NCBI RefSeq assembly: GCF_009914755.1
Contig: NC_060925.1
Length of the DNA stretch: 64,000 nt
Direction: 5' to 3' (one strand)
Source: the human T2T-CHM13v2.0 reference genome, Homo sapiens
Part shown: positions 15,765-28,840 of the stretch, one piece after another
How positions within the stretch are numbered: the stretch's first letter is position 1
How the letters are laid out: each line of letters starts with the position of its first letter
Made by a program: the position numbers and the translations under genes
Notes under the pieces: generated by a model
Told to the model about the DNA's origin: nothing
Databases searched by the model: none
The model's input: only the letters and a program-made list of their open reading frames with translations

Positions 15765-16300
15765 TCAGCAATCATTTGGTGAGCACTTACCTGCGACAGG
15801 CACTGCTCTGGGTGCTGGAGTCAGAGTAGCAGGCAGGACAGAATCAGTAACCCTATTGTCATCGAGCTTGCCTTCTAGTGGTGCTAGACAACGGACAAGT
15901 GAAATACACAGCATACTAGCTGGAGAGAAGCATCTGGAGAAAAACAAGGGATAGGAAAGCAGTGTTGGGGGAAAGGTTGTACAACTTTAAATGGGGTGGC
16001 TAATAAAGGCCTCACTGAGAAGACGTCATTTACACGACGACCTGAAGGAGGTGAGGGAGTGAGCCTTGTGGTTATCTAGAGAAAGAGTAGAACAGGGAGG
16101 AGGAATGGCAGGTGCAAATGCCCTGTGGTAGGGGAGGCCAGTGAGGCCAGAGCAGAGAGTACAAAAGGGAGACAGGTAGGAGATGGTATAGGAAGAGGGG
16201 TGAGTCATGCAGCGCTGTGTGGGCTGCCTCAAAGCCTTTGCTGGACAGTTGCTAGCAGAGGAGTGACTTCAGGTTTTACAGGACGGCTTTTGCAGGATGC
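15765..16300 (-). mobile_element. L2 fragment
   Basis: tgagcacttacctgcgacaggcactgctctgggtgctgg...ggcctcactgagaag...gacctgaaggaggtgagggagtgagcc. Confidence 0.8.
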
Positions 16301-16753
16301 TGAAGAGAGACTGAAACAGTGTTTGGCCTCTAGCTCTGGGGGCATGGTGAGATGGTTCCTCGAGGGAAGGCCCAGGTGAGGATACCTTCAATTTGGGCCT
16401 GAGCATGGAGAAACATGGATGGAATCATCGGGTACCTAGGGAGAGAGGTCGGAGGGGGAGGCTTTGAAATAAACTTGAAAGCGCTCTTGACAAAAAGAGA
16501 GAGAAAAGTGGCTATGAAAACTGCAGTGTGGACGGTACAATTCCATTTATGTAAAATTACACATGTATGTATGTAAGAAGTACTCGAGGTGTGTGAAAAC
16601 TGGTCATTAAAAACAGGCAGTGGTTATTTCTGGGTGGCAGGTTTCAGGTGATCCTTTTTTTCCAAATATATTTCTGTATTGATTACTTATTTTTAAATTC
16701 TTACAAGAAGCAGGTATTATTTATATAGCCAGAAAAAAATTCAATAGAGCCAC

Positions 16754-17047
<294 letters not shown>

Positions 17048-17128
17048 AGCAGAGCCACTTTCCTGGTAGAAGAATGAAAGATTCAGGGCGATTACTGGAT
17101 TTGTGTTTTGTTCTGCTGATACATTTAA

Positions 17129-17247
17129 CCTTCTCACCAGTTAAAATGTAGAACTAGATTACAGTTCAAAAGAAGTTGAATTTTCCTACATTTATTGCCT
17201 TATATCTATGATACCAGGTAATACATTTTAAAAATACAGTCTGTATT
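17129..17247 (+). repeat. Copy 2 of the ~120-bp dispersed duplication
   Basis: Matches 15081-15200. Confidence 0.93.
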
Positions 17248-19089
17248 GTTTACTTATTTTTAAACCAACTGAAGTAACCAACTCAAAAACAGGATGGAAC
17301 TAGTTGGATGGGGATGGGGGTGATTTCTTCTTCTCCAGTGGGTCAAAGAGCTAAATTTGATTGGAAGCTGTGGTGGTTTAGCTTCTGCGTGGTTCATTCC
17401 TGTTTGCTCCATTCAGAGCATTTCCCCTCCGTGCTGCAAGTTCACAAGCAGCCTATCTGCCTCACTCCAAGCTCATCACTGTCAAGAGGTGGACGCTGTG
17501 AGGAGGCGAACTGCAGATTTAGGGCTGAACCTTACCCCGCACCTGATGGGAGTGAAGAAGTGAAAAAGGAAGGAGCGGCACCACCACCTAGAAATCCTGG
17601 GCCGCAGAGCAACCGTGGCCTCTTGCACCAACCCCTTTCGAGGAAAGAGTAGAAAGGGCTTTGCAGAGCAAAGTGTGGTGGAGGAGGAGGCTGGCAGGGC
17701 CTGTCTCCACAGTCCCACCTCGCTTTCCTGCAGAATCACATCCTGTGAATAATTAACCCCCCGCAGGATGAAGAACTGACTTTCAGCAAGCAGAGATTTC
17801 ATGAAAATTTAAAGACCCGAGTTGAAGCAGGCTCTGCATGTTGTTTTCGTGGTGGCTTAAATATCTTTGAAAACCCAAAGCCTCAAGGTCTCCCATGGAG
17901 GCCACTGTGACATCTGGGGGGGCTTCCTGGACCCCTGAGCCCTCGGGGCTGTATTCCCCAGGGACTATGTCCCGAAAAGGAGGTCAGTGCCTGAGGGTGA
18001 GAACACCCCTGGATGCCTCTGCCTAATACCTGTGGGTGGGTTACAGGTGTCTCCCAAAGCGGTGGATCCACGCTGCCGGGTTACCAAGGCAACCTTGCTC
18101 CGCCCAGGACACAGGAGGAAGGGCGTGCTGACAGTAGGATCTCAGAGCTGTTTTTCTGTAGGGATCCAGGCTAAAAATACCCCACAATTGACACCCGCAT
18201 GGTTTTGGAGGCCTCTGCCTTGCATCTCAGTGTGTCAGAAACTGTGCCCTGGCTGTGTTCTGATTCCCCTGAGCAGGGCTTGGCACTGCTTGAGGGTGAG
18301 GAGGGCAGGCACATTGGAGAACTGACGATGACCTTACTGGCTGCAGGTGCAGAGGCCTGAGTTAGGGCGGTGTGAAGAGAAGGACAGCTACTTCCCTGGC
18401 AGACACAGGGCCTGCCTTGTTTTACCTCGCTGGAAGTCATTAGCTTGGTAACTCCTGGGCAGCCTGCTTAAACCCGTAAAACCATTGGCAGCTCCTGGGG
18501 GCACTGGAGACACAGGAGACAGAAGGGTCTCCTGCCCACCCGCCCGCCCTCCCTCCCTCGTGGCCACAGAGAGCTGAGGAGGCCCTCCTGGGTCATTGCA
18601 GAGCCTGGGCCTGGGCCATTCTGAGCTTTGCCAGCCTGCGGCTCCTGCTCCTTTTGTTATGTGCTGCAGGGAAGTGCACTGAAGCCGAGAAGGCAAGCTT
18701 CTGCTGCTCCCAGGCTGCCAGTCCATGCTTCAGAAGGCAGCCCTCATTCTGAGTTTCCGTGTGGCAAGAGCTTAGGTCCTCACTGTGGTACTGACCCCAT
18801 AGTGCTGTGGGTTTGAAGGTGTCTTGGGATTCTGATATCTAGGAAACTCCCTCTGACAAGGACCTCTGAGGCCACTGCTACAACCTCAGAGCCCTGTAGG
18901 ACGGTAATGTGGAGACTCAGACTGTGACTAAAGGGCCACACACCTGGTGACAGGCCGCCTCCCTGCAGTGCTCAAGCAGGGGACTGCCTGGCTGTCAGAC
19001 GACCCACCAGGCGACCCTAACACACAGAGGCGACCCTAACTGCCTTTAGGTGGGTGCTCCTCCCACCTTTAAAGTCACCGCAGGCTCCT

Positions 19090-19377
19090 GTTGCAGTGCG
19101 GTTTCTGATTGCGCAGGCCTGGTGGGACCTGAGATTCCGCCTTCCTAAGGAGCCCCCAGGTGATGCTCATGTTGCGTTTCTCTGGAGCAACACCGTGAGA
19201 AGGAAAGCTTGAGAGCAATGGTTCTCAAACAGGGAAGCAAATACGAATCCTTGGGAAGCATTTGAAAGTTCCAGATTCCTGGGCACTGTCTGAGACTTCC
19301 TGAATCAGAGTCATTACATGATGTGTCCAAACAGCTAACAGGTGATTTGATGCATGACTTTGATTTGCAACCACTAT
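19090..19377. mobile_element. MER5-type hAT-Charlie remnants (two adjacent)
   Basis: ttctgattgcgcaggcctggtgggacctgagattc...ccaggtgatgct; caatggttctcaaac...gaatcagagtc...caggtgatttgatgca. Confidence 0.6.
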
Positions 19378-20940
19378 CCTCAAGCCTTTAGTGGATGGCT
19401 AGACACCGGGAGAAATGTCTCCCCAGGCCAGTCCAAACACTTCCCTATTTTTAGCAAGATTTGCCCTTTGCAACCCTGGCCTACCATCATTCACGCTTCA
19501 ACAAATTTTTATTAATTCTCTTCTGTGTTTTCATAAGGGTCTATTCTTTCTCTTCTAGGTGGACAGACAGACGGCAGATGACAGCGTCTGCTTCATGCCT
19601 CCAAGGGTGTAAAACGGAATCAGAGAAATCTCCAGTGGCTTAGGGTTCGCTAGCTTGGCTTCCTTACATGGTTGCAGAACCACTAATGTTTTCTTAATGA
19701 GCTGCCATTTACTTATGCAAATAGCAGGGCACAGATGCCAGGGGGATGAGGGCTTAGCAGAGAGGCGTGCCTCTGCATATGGCTCATGTTTTAACATGAG
19801 AGCTGCTGTCCTTGGAGCCTGCCCTCTTATTCATCTTTAACAGCCACTGTGCGGGCTGTGTGTCTGTGTATGCATGTTTGGGGGTCTTGCCAAGCTACAC
19901 TGGCATGAGGGCATCTCCACCAGCCAGAGGTCCTGGTGGGAGTCATAGGCCAGCCCGTACTCTGCTGGTTCTGCCCACCTCTGTCTTGTGTCTGGCCTCA
20001 CTGAGCTCTGTGAGGACTGGTAAAGGTGGGGGCAGAAGCTGTTGAACTGTACAGTGTAATGTGCTTGCTAGATCCAAACAGTGCTGTAAGTTTCATTTCT
20101 GGTCTCCATGAAAAACTTTTAGCAGAGGTTCTGTTGCATCTTGCCAAAATATTAAAACCACTCTTTTCATTTCTCGCTGGTTTTCCCAAGAAGCTTCCCC
20201 CATCACAACAAGAGAAGTTGGTGCTCGGACTTTGATGGTATAAGGTCCCTGAGTGTGTGGTTCCAGCATTGGTGTCAGCATCTTCGTTATTTAAGAGGAG
20301 TATCTTGCAGGGCTGTTGGCCTTTGGTGCCACAATAGGCACTGTTGAGACAGAACTGAATAGGCCCCTCTCCTCATGTCCAGGAACTTTTAGAACCTGCA
20401 CAGGAAAGCAAAAACCTATCTGAAAAGGTGTGCTGGGTAGAGCTAGCAACATGCTTCCGAAGGGCTTCTGGGTCTGCCTGTCCTGGCATCTTATTCGTGC
20501 TGCTTTGCCTCCACGTCCTTTCTCCTATAATAACCAGTGGAGCTGCTCAGGATGTCTCCATGGACACTGCTGAGAACAGGCTCTCCCCATCTGGCCAGGC
20601 TGCCCCATAGCCTGCTGTGAAACACCTGCTGTAGAATCACAGATGCTGCCCGGTGAGGCCTTCTGCCACTTTCTGGAGATGCCAGACCTGTTACTAACAC
20701 GGCCTTCCCATCCCCATACCCCATGTTTCTCTAAGCCTCAGCCTATCCTTTTCTCTCTCTGTAGCTGAGGACTTCTCTGCTGTGAACCAGTGTAGATTCT
20801 TCCTGGGAAACCAGCCTGGCAGGAAACACCGAATGGACAGTGGATGGCAGGGGTGCAGCATGGTAGAAGGCAGTGGGGGTTTCAGTCCTGGCTGTCACTT
20901 AACAGTTGTGAGACATAAATCACCTTGTCTCATGGGTCTG

Positions 20941-21230
20941 TTTCTTTTCCTTTCTTTTTGAGACAGGGTCTTACTCTGTCGCCTAGGCTGGAGTGCATTG
21001 GCAGAATCAAGCCTTGACCTCCCAGGCTCAAGTGATCCTCCCACCTCAGCCTCCCGAGTAGCTGGGACCATAGGCATGCTCCACCACACCCAGCTAATGT
21101 TTAAATGTTTTGTAGAGACAGGGTCTCACTATGTTGTCCAGGCAGGTCTCCAACTCCTGGACTCAAGCAAACCTCCCACCTAAGGCTCCCAAAGTACTGG
21201 GATTACAGGCATGAGCCACCATGCCTGGCC
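20941..21230 (-). mobile_element. AluJ inserted in a MIR
   Basis: gagacagggtcttactctg...caggctcaagtgatcctccc; MIR resumes with tcagtttcttcatctgtaaatg. Confidence 0.9.
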
Positions 21231-21373
21231 TCAGTTTCTTCATCTGTAAATGAGAAGCTTGGTTTGGCTTTATCTGGCCCACCCTGATTCCAAAAAACAA
21301 TAAACAGCAACAAAACCAACAAAAAACCCCATTTGTACTAACATTGAAAAGTTTCACATAAAAGTATGGATTT

Positions 21374-21505
21374 TGGCCAGGCTCATTCCTCTAATTCCGT
21401 TACTTTAGGAGGCTGAAGTGGAAGGATCATTTCAGGCCAGGAATTCAAGATCAGCCTGGGCACCATAGCGAGGTATAGTCTCTACAAGAATAAGAATTAG
21501 AATAA
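21374..21505 (+). mobile_element. Free left Alu monomer (FLAM)
   Basis: Single left arm; TSD aagtatggattt / aagtatagattt. Confidence 0.8.
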
Positions 21506-21681
21506 GTATAGATTTCTTCCTTCTCTAGGAAGATTGGCATATCTGGCATCATCAGGGCCTCTTGGAGGCCATTGGCTGGACCTGAGTAACTGCTGCCCCT
21601 GGCTGTGGGATGTGCTATCAGGCCCACTTCTGTTACCATGCCAGGTCACTCAGTAATTTTACCTATTTGGTTCTCTAGGCA

Positions 21682-22122
21682 TGTATATTAGTTTCCTGGG
21701 GTTGCCATAACAAATTCCCACAAACTGAGTGGCTGAGAGCAATAGACGTTTATTCTCTCACAGTTCTGGAGGCCAGAAGTCTGAGATCAAGGTGTTAGCA
21801 GGGCCATATGCACTCCTGAGGGCTCGGGGGAAGACGACCCCTTCCTTGCTTCTTTCTAGCTTTGTGTTGTCGGGGGCATGCTTGCTGCTCCTTGGCTTGT
21901 GGATGCATCACTCCAACTCTACCTCCATCATCACAGGGCCATATTCTCCCTGGGTGCCCAAGTCCCTTTCTAAGGGTGCTAATCATTGGATTGGGGCCCA
22001 CCCCAAGCCAGTATGACCTCATCTTAACCTGATTACATCCGCAAAGACCCCATTTGCAAATAAGGTTGTATACTGAGGTTCCTGGTGGACATGGATTTTA
22101 GAGGATCATTAGTCAACACAGT
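21682..22122 (-). mobile_element. MLT1 (B/C-like) solo LTR
   Basis: ttagtttcctggggttgccataacaaattccc...cacagttctggaggccagaagtctgagatcaaggtg. Confidence 0.85.
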
Positions 22123-22180
22123 GTAGCATGTGGGCTAAAACCTCGGGACCAAGCTGATTTCTTCCATTGTTGTTGTAGTT

Positions 22181-22182
22181 TG

Positions 22183-22216
<34 letters not shown>

Positions 22217-22357
22217 AGGTCTTTTTCTGTTGCCTAGGTTGGAGTGCAATGGCATAATCATAGCTCACTGCAGGCTTGAACTCTTGGGCTCAAGCAATCT
22301 TCCTGCCTCAGCCTCCTGAGAAGCTGGGAATAGAGGCGTGCACCACTGCACCCAGCT
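22181..22357 (-). mobile_element. Right-arm Alu monomer (FRAM or truncated AluJ)
   Basis: Poly-T plus catagctcactgcaggcttgaactcttgggctcaagc. Confidence 0.85.
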
Positions 22358-25300
22358 CTGGCTGAGTTCTGATGTCCCTCTGACTCTTAAGTACCCTGAT
22401 TCGCTGTCCTGCTGACTTCTGCCTTTAGTTTTCTTTTTCTGAATGGCATTTTTACTTCTTCACCTCTCTGGATATGAAGAGGAGGCACTATGATCTTCTG
22501 GTCTTGGTTTGGCCACTTGAAGGGCCACCTTGGTGACAGTCATCACTCTTCTGGGTATTTTGTTTCCCTGTGTCACTGCGGGACAATGGAAGCTTTCCTA
22601 ACCTTTGGTGGAAGCAAGCTGAGAACAGGATGTATTTTTTTTGCCTGGTGAGATGCAGCCCTCTGTGGCACTGTCTCTGAGCAGCCCTTTCCCCATCTCA
22701 CTCTGGAGGTCAGTTGTTTTTCCTCTGGACCCCCACAGCACCTTGGACATACCTTTATTCTAGCACTTACCTGCTAGATGGCAATGATCTATTTACAGAC
22801 CTGTTTCCTCTCTAGTCTTGAGCTTCATGAGGTCAAAGACTGTGTTTTTCCACCAGTCTTTCAGGTGGGAACATGTTAGGCTCTTAATAATTGTTTAATG
22901 AGTGGATGATGCTTCAGGGAGTCTACCAACTCTATAATCAGGGTGGGATCAATCCCCTACACCTCCACACCCCTTCATAACATCATAGGCTTGAAGTTAC
23001 TCTTTGCTTTCTTGAATGCTCCAGCTTCTGACTCTTCCATGGGCTATCCAGCCTTAATTGGGTGGATAATGGGGAAGAGATGGAGAGCTGGAGCCTCCCT
23101 TGCCAGCCCTTCTTACTGCTAGGTCTGATGTTGTTTGTGTTTTGCAGTTTCCTTCTCCCAAATTTTGAACCTGCTGAAGAGTAGCATTTTCTAACTTAGG
23201 GAGGGCATATTCACCAGATCTCTGGATGTTGGATGGTGTCCATGGTCTGCCTAATTCTAGCTATACTTTACATCCTTCATCAAAGCCCTTCAGCCCAGTG
23301 ATGACTCAGTTTCCCCATCTGGCTGTGTCCATGTTTTATTCATTCATTTTTTCCCCAAGCATCTCTGGATTCAGAAATTAGATTCAGAGACAAACCACTG
23401 ACAGAGATGTTTCTCTGTCTCTTTTCCCCTCCCTGAGTGTGTCCATTCATACCTCCATGAGAAATGATCACTTAAAAATACTTATTTGGGAGACTAATTT
23501 ATCTATTAGTGTAATGGTAACTTGCAGTCATTAAAAAATATGATGCCCTTCTGTCCTGAAAGAGTTAAATGTCCTTCCCACAATGAGTCACTCCCTCAAG
23601 TGGGATAACTGATGTTTTCACGAGTGGATGGGAAACAGTGGACCTCAGAGCAGGTACTTTAGTCACCCAGGTGCCCCAGGGACTTAGGGGATCACTTTTG
23701 CATCTCTACTTTTGATGGCAAGGATTGGCTAAGACTGTGTGGCTGAAAAGGCTTTAGAAAGTTGACTGTGATGTAAAAATATAAGGTGTTGATTGTTGTC
23801 ACTGTGGCTGCAGGTCCTCCAAGGAGCTGCCTGCTGCCCCTTTCAGATAAGGGGCAACTACTCTCTCCCCAGTGCCTAGCACAGTGCCTGACACATATGA
23901 GGGACGCAGCCACTGTTTCCTGAATGAATGAACAATCCAACTGCAGAACTAGGGCTTACGTTTCTCAAAGCCTGGAGCTTGTGTCTGATTTACTCATGGC
24001 TATATCCCCAGCACCAAGAAGAGATACTTGTTAAATGAAGGATGAACTTCTAAGCCAGAATGGGCAACTTTTTACAACTGAGAATGCCCTCTTTTTACAA
24101 CTGAGGAAACTGAGGCTCATGCCAATGATCACATCACTTTGTGGGTTTGGCTGTTGGTATTGCCCGCATCTGTAGTCCTGCAGGCAGATTTTTATTACAT
24201 GGGACACTGTCCTTACACAAGAATTTTGCAAACTCAGTTCCTTGAGACATTGTGCCAAACCCTTCAGCAAAATTGAAATCTGCCACATCTGCTGTGTTCC
24301 TCTTAGTCACTAATTTTGGTAATTTGATTACAGAGAAAACCCTCTCTGTTGGAGCTTTTCTGTTCTGAACAAGGAAGCTGATTCTGTTTGAGGTGCTATC
24401 AGCCCTCCTTCTGAACAGGTTTTTTTTAACTTTGTGTTTTGTTCTTGAGTTTGGAAAATACAGCATTGACATCAGCTGCAGTGGGCAAACTGCCTCCAGT
24501 TCTTTTTAGAGCAGGGCAGGGAATAAGCAAATAAATACCTTCACATATACATAAATACTTTAGGCAGATGCTTCCGGGAGGGGTCAGTACCTGAATGTGT
24601 TTTCCTCCAAATAAATCTGGTTGGTGAATGTGGGTGGGGGCAGAGAATGGAGGGAGGAGGACAGGCGGTTTGTTACAGATGACTTTATTCATTGGCTCTG
24701 GGAGCCCAGTCCAGCTGTCTGAACTGTGAAACCATGGGCAGGTCTTTCGTTTCTCTGGGCCTCAGTTTCCTCACATGGAAAAACAGTGCATTAGACTAAC
24801 CTCCGAGTTGCCCATCCTGGCTTAGAAGTTCATACATTCATAGAACAAGTATCTGTTCTAGGGGCCGGGGATGTAGCCCTGAATAAATCAGAGACTAACT
24901 CCCGGCTTTGAGAAATGTAAGCCCTCATTCTGCAGTTGGATTGTTCATTCATTCAGGAAACAGTGGTTGAGCCCCTCCTATGTGTCAGGCACTGTGCTGG
25001 GCACTGGAGAGACAGTGGTGGCCCATGTAGAAGTGGGCTGTGCTAGATTCTAGGAGGCCTGTGGTCTGAGAGGGAAGAAGGACTAACAGTAAGGGATCCT
25101 TGTCATAGTGCAGTCGGAGAGGGTCAGGGAGCATCTCCCTGAGAGGAGAAGGCTGAACTGAGAGAAGGGTGAGGAAGAGCAGGAGGGAGCATGTTCCCCT
25201 CTACAGAAGAGTCACAAGTTCAGAGCCTCCTTCAGCCAGTTCAGTTCCCCTCAGTTCTCACTCAGGCTTTCAGTGCCTTCTGGGCTGCTGGGATAACTTT

Positions 25301-25683
25301 TGCATTTGGCCTTCCATGCTAAACTCTTTTCCCTAATTTCTGTTTTTTTTAAACAATTTTTTCCCATGTCAGTGGGGTTTGAGGCATCAAGGGTGTTTGA
25401 CAGCATAGAAGCCTTTTGGAACTTTATAGTCTTCTTTTTCTAGTAAGCCTGTCTTTTTTTTTTTTTTTCTGCATGTTTTCCTTGGAAATGTGGCTGAGGG
25501 TTTGTCGGGAGCCCTTGCTTTTGTGGGGCAAGGGCACGTGGGAGCTGGGTCAGGGGACTGATCATGAACCATTTCGTGCCAGCACCAGGAAGGACCCACA
25601 CACATGTCCCACACTGACTAAAGAACCAGTGTCAAACTGTAACCACTGTGCACCTCAGCAATCTTGGAAGGAACCTCCTCTCA

Positions 25684-26005
<322 letters not shown>

Positions 26006-26454
26006 AAAAATAAAACACATGGTTTTCCATATGCATTGTATACCCCAAGGCTGTGGCACCCAGGGGCACTCTTGCCCTCTGAGCTTGGCCATATTGGCCA
26101 CCTTGCAGCTCCTCAAACTCTCCACGTGCTTCCCTCCTCAGGGCCTTGGCACCTGCTGGGGCTGCTCCTTGGAGCCCTCTTCCCTTCACCTCATGCTCTG
26201 CCTGGCTTCCCCTTACTCACCCTTCCTACCTGGCTCCACCTCGCTTCTTCAGAGGAGTCTTCACTGACCCAGGCAAGGTTGGGTCCACTTTAGCATTCGG
26301 CCATCACTCCCTATTCTCTTCCTTCATAGCACTCACCTTTGCTAGTAGTTATATATTTGGGGAGTGATTTGATTAGTGGCTGCCCTCCTGATTAGACTCT
26401 AAGTCCCTTGAGAGCAGGAGCCATGTCTGTTTGAGTCCCTGTTGTTTCTTTCAT

Positions 26455-26763
26455 TCTTTTTCTTTTTCTTTTTTTTCTTTTTTTTGAGATGAAGTCTCAC
26501 TCTGTGCCCAGGCTGGAGTGCAGTGGCGTGATCTCGGCTCACCACAACCTCCGCCTCCTGGTTTGAGCAATTCTTGTGCCTCAGCCTCCTAAGTAGCTGG
26601 GATTACAGGCATGCACCACCATGCCTGGCTAATTTTTGTATTTTTCGTAGAGATGGGGTTTCACCATGTTGGCCAGGCTGGTCTTGAATTCCTGACCTCA
26701 GGTTATCCGCTCACCTTGGCCTCTCAAAGTGCTGGGATTACAGGCATGAACCAACGTGCCGGG
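26455..26763 (-). mobile_element. AluS inserted in an L2 3' region (~26090-26835, + strand)
   Basis: Complete antisense Alu; L2 resumes with agcacagtgcctggcacatagtgagggctc. Confidence 0.92.
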
Positions 26764-27274
26764 CCCCTGTTTTTCCTTGAGCACAGAGCACAGTGCCTGG
26801 CACATAGTGAGGGCTCCACAAACATGTTGGATGAGAAGCTGTCACCCATCGCCACTGCCTAGCCTTTCTGGGTGTCTCATTTGCCACTAGGGGCCTCAAA
26901 TGAGGAAAAGTCATATTTTCTTTTGGTAGCTCTCTGGGCAGTGCTTTTGTGAGACCTGGGCTGAGTCAAACCCTTGGGACAATATGCTTTAGTCATGTTT
27001 GACAACAGCTCTGGACAAAAGGGAAATGAATGGACTCTTTGGAGGCCAGGAGCTCAGTACCCCAGTTAAAAGATGAGATATTTTGGCAAACAGTTGGGAG
27101 TTTAAATCTAATGTGCTTGAGATGGTGCTCATCAAATATCCACATGCTCCTCGCATACGCTGGCTTCCCTGGGCATTATACCGGGGCCATGCCTGGCTGT
27201 CTCCAGCGGGCTGTGAATGGAAGTAATGGAGCCATTTCCAGGCAGACACAGTTAAGATGGAGTATGCCTTTTTA

Positions 27275-27578
<304 letters not shown>

Positions 27579-28437
27579 TAAATCTCTTTCCTTACCTTGA
27601 TGGCCATGTTTTTCCAGAGGGCATAGTTGCAAGATGGAGGAGGCTCTGTTGACATGCACCAGCCTCTTTGTGAATGAGAAAGAAATCTTTGTTATATTAA
27701 GCCTTCAGATTTAAAATTAATCTGATTAAGATTTCAAGATTTGTTACTGCAGCATGTTATGGATTGTCCTGACTAATACTCTTTCACCATGTTAGACCTT
27801 CCTCGCAATTCAGTTTTCTCCCAACCAAAATATTTATTTCCTTTTAAATTCATACCTGCTAGCCAGATGGCTTCAGGCATTCTGGGATTTGTATTAAGCA
27901 TTCCAGGCATCCCACCAGTGATTTTCAGACACCACCTCTTCTGCCAACATTTGGTTGCACTGGTCTCTTGATACAGTTTCCTTCCCCTCCTGCAGGAGCA
28001 ATGTTTCATGTTAAGTAAATGTCTTCCAGCCCCTGGTGACATTTCTGACAGCTTCTAGAAGAGGAGTTCTGCTTGGCAGATTCCTGGAATGTCTCACATA
28101 CCCTTTTGACTTCTCCTAGGTGATCTCAGGGCAGAGAGCATGTCCCTCTCAGGCCCTGAGCTCTTCCAATTATTCAGCAGGCTCCGAATTGAGAGGATCA
28201 GACCTAAAGCAGACAACCCCCACCCACACAGACAAATAGTCACGTATAGGTAAAGGAGCTCCTCTCTATCCTAGTGGTAGAGGAGGAAGTCCTGCTGCTT
28301 CTTTCTCTTTGTCCTTGGAGAGCTCCTGGGGAGGTGTCAGGGTACCTGCCAAGGACTAAGGGGCTTCTGCTCACGCACCAGAGCTGGTGTCAAATGTCAG
28401 ATTCTGTTAGAGCTGAAGGGGCCTCTGGCTTGTCTCA

Positions 28438-28840
<403 letters not shown>

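Noticed and set aside
19009-19040. 13-bp direct repeat aggcgaccctaac x2
   Set aside because: Short slippage duplication; the ccctaa content is too little to call a telomeric repeat.
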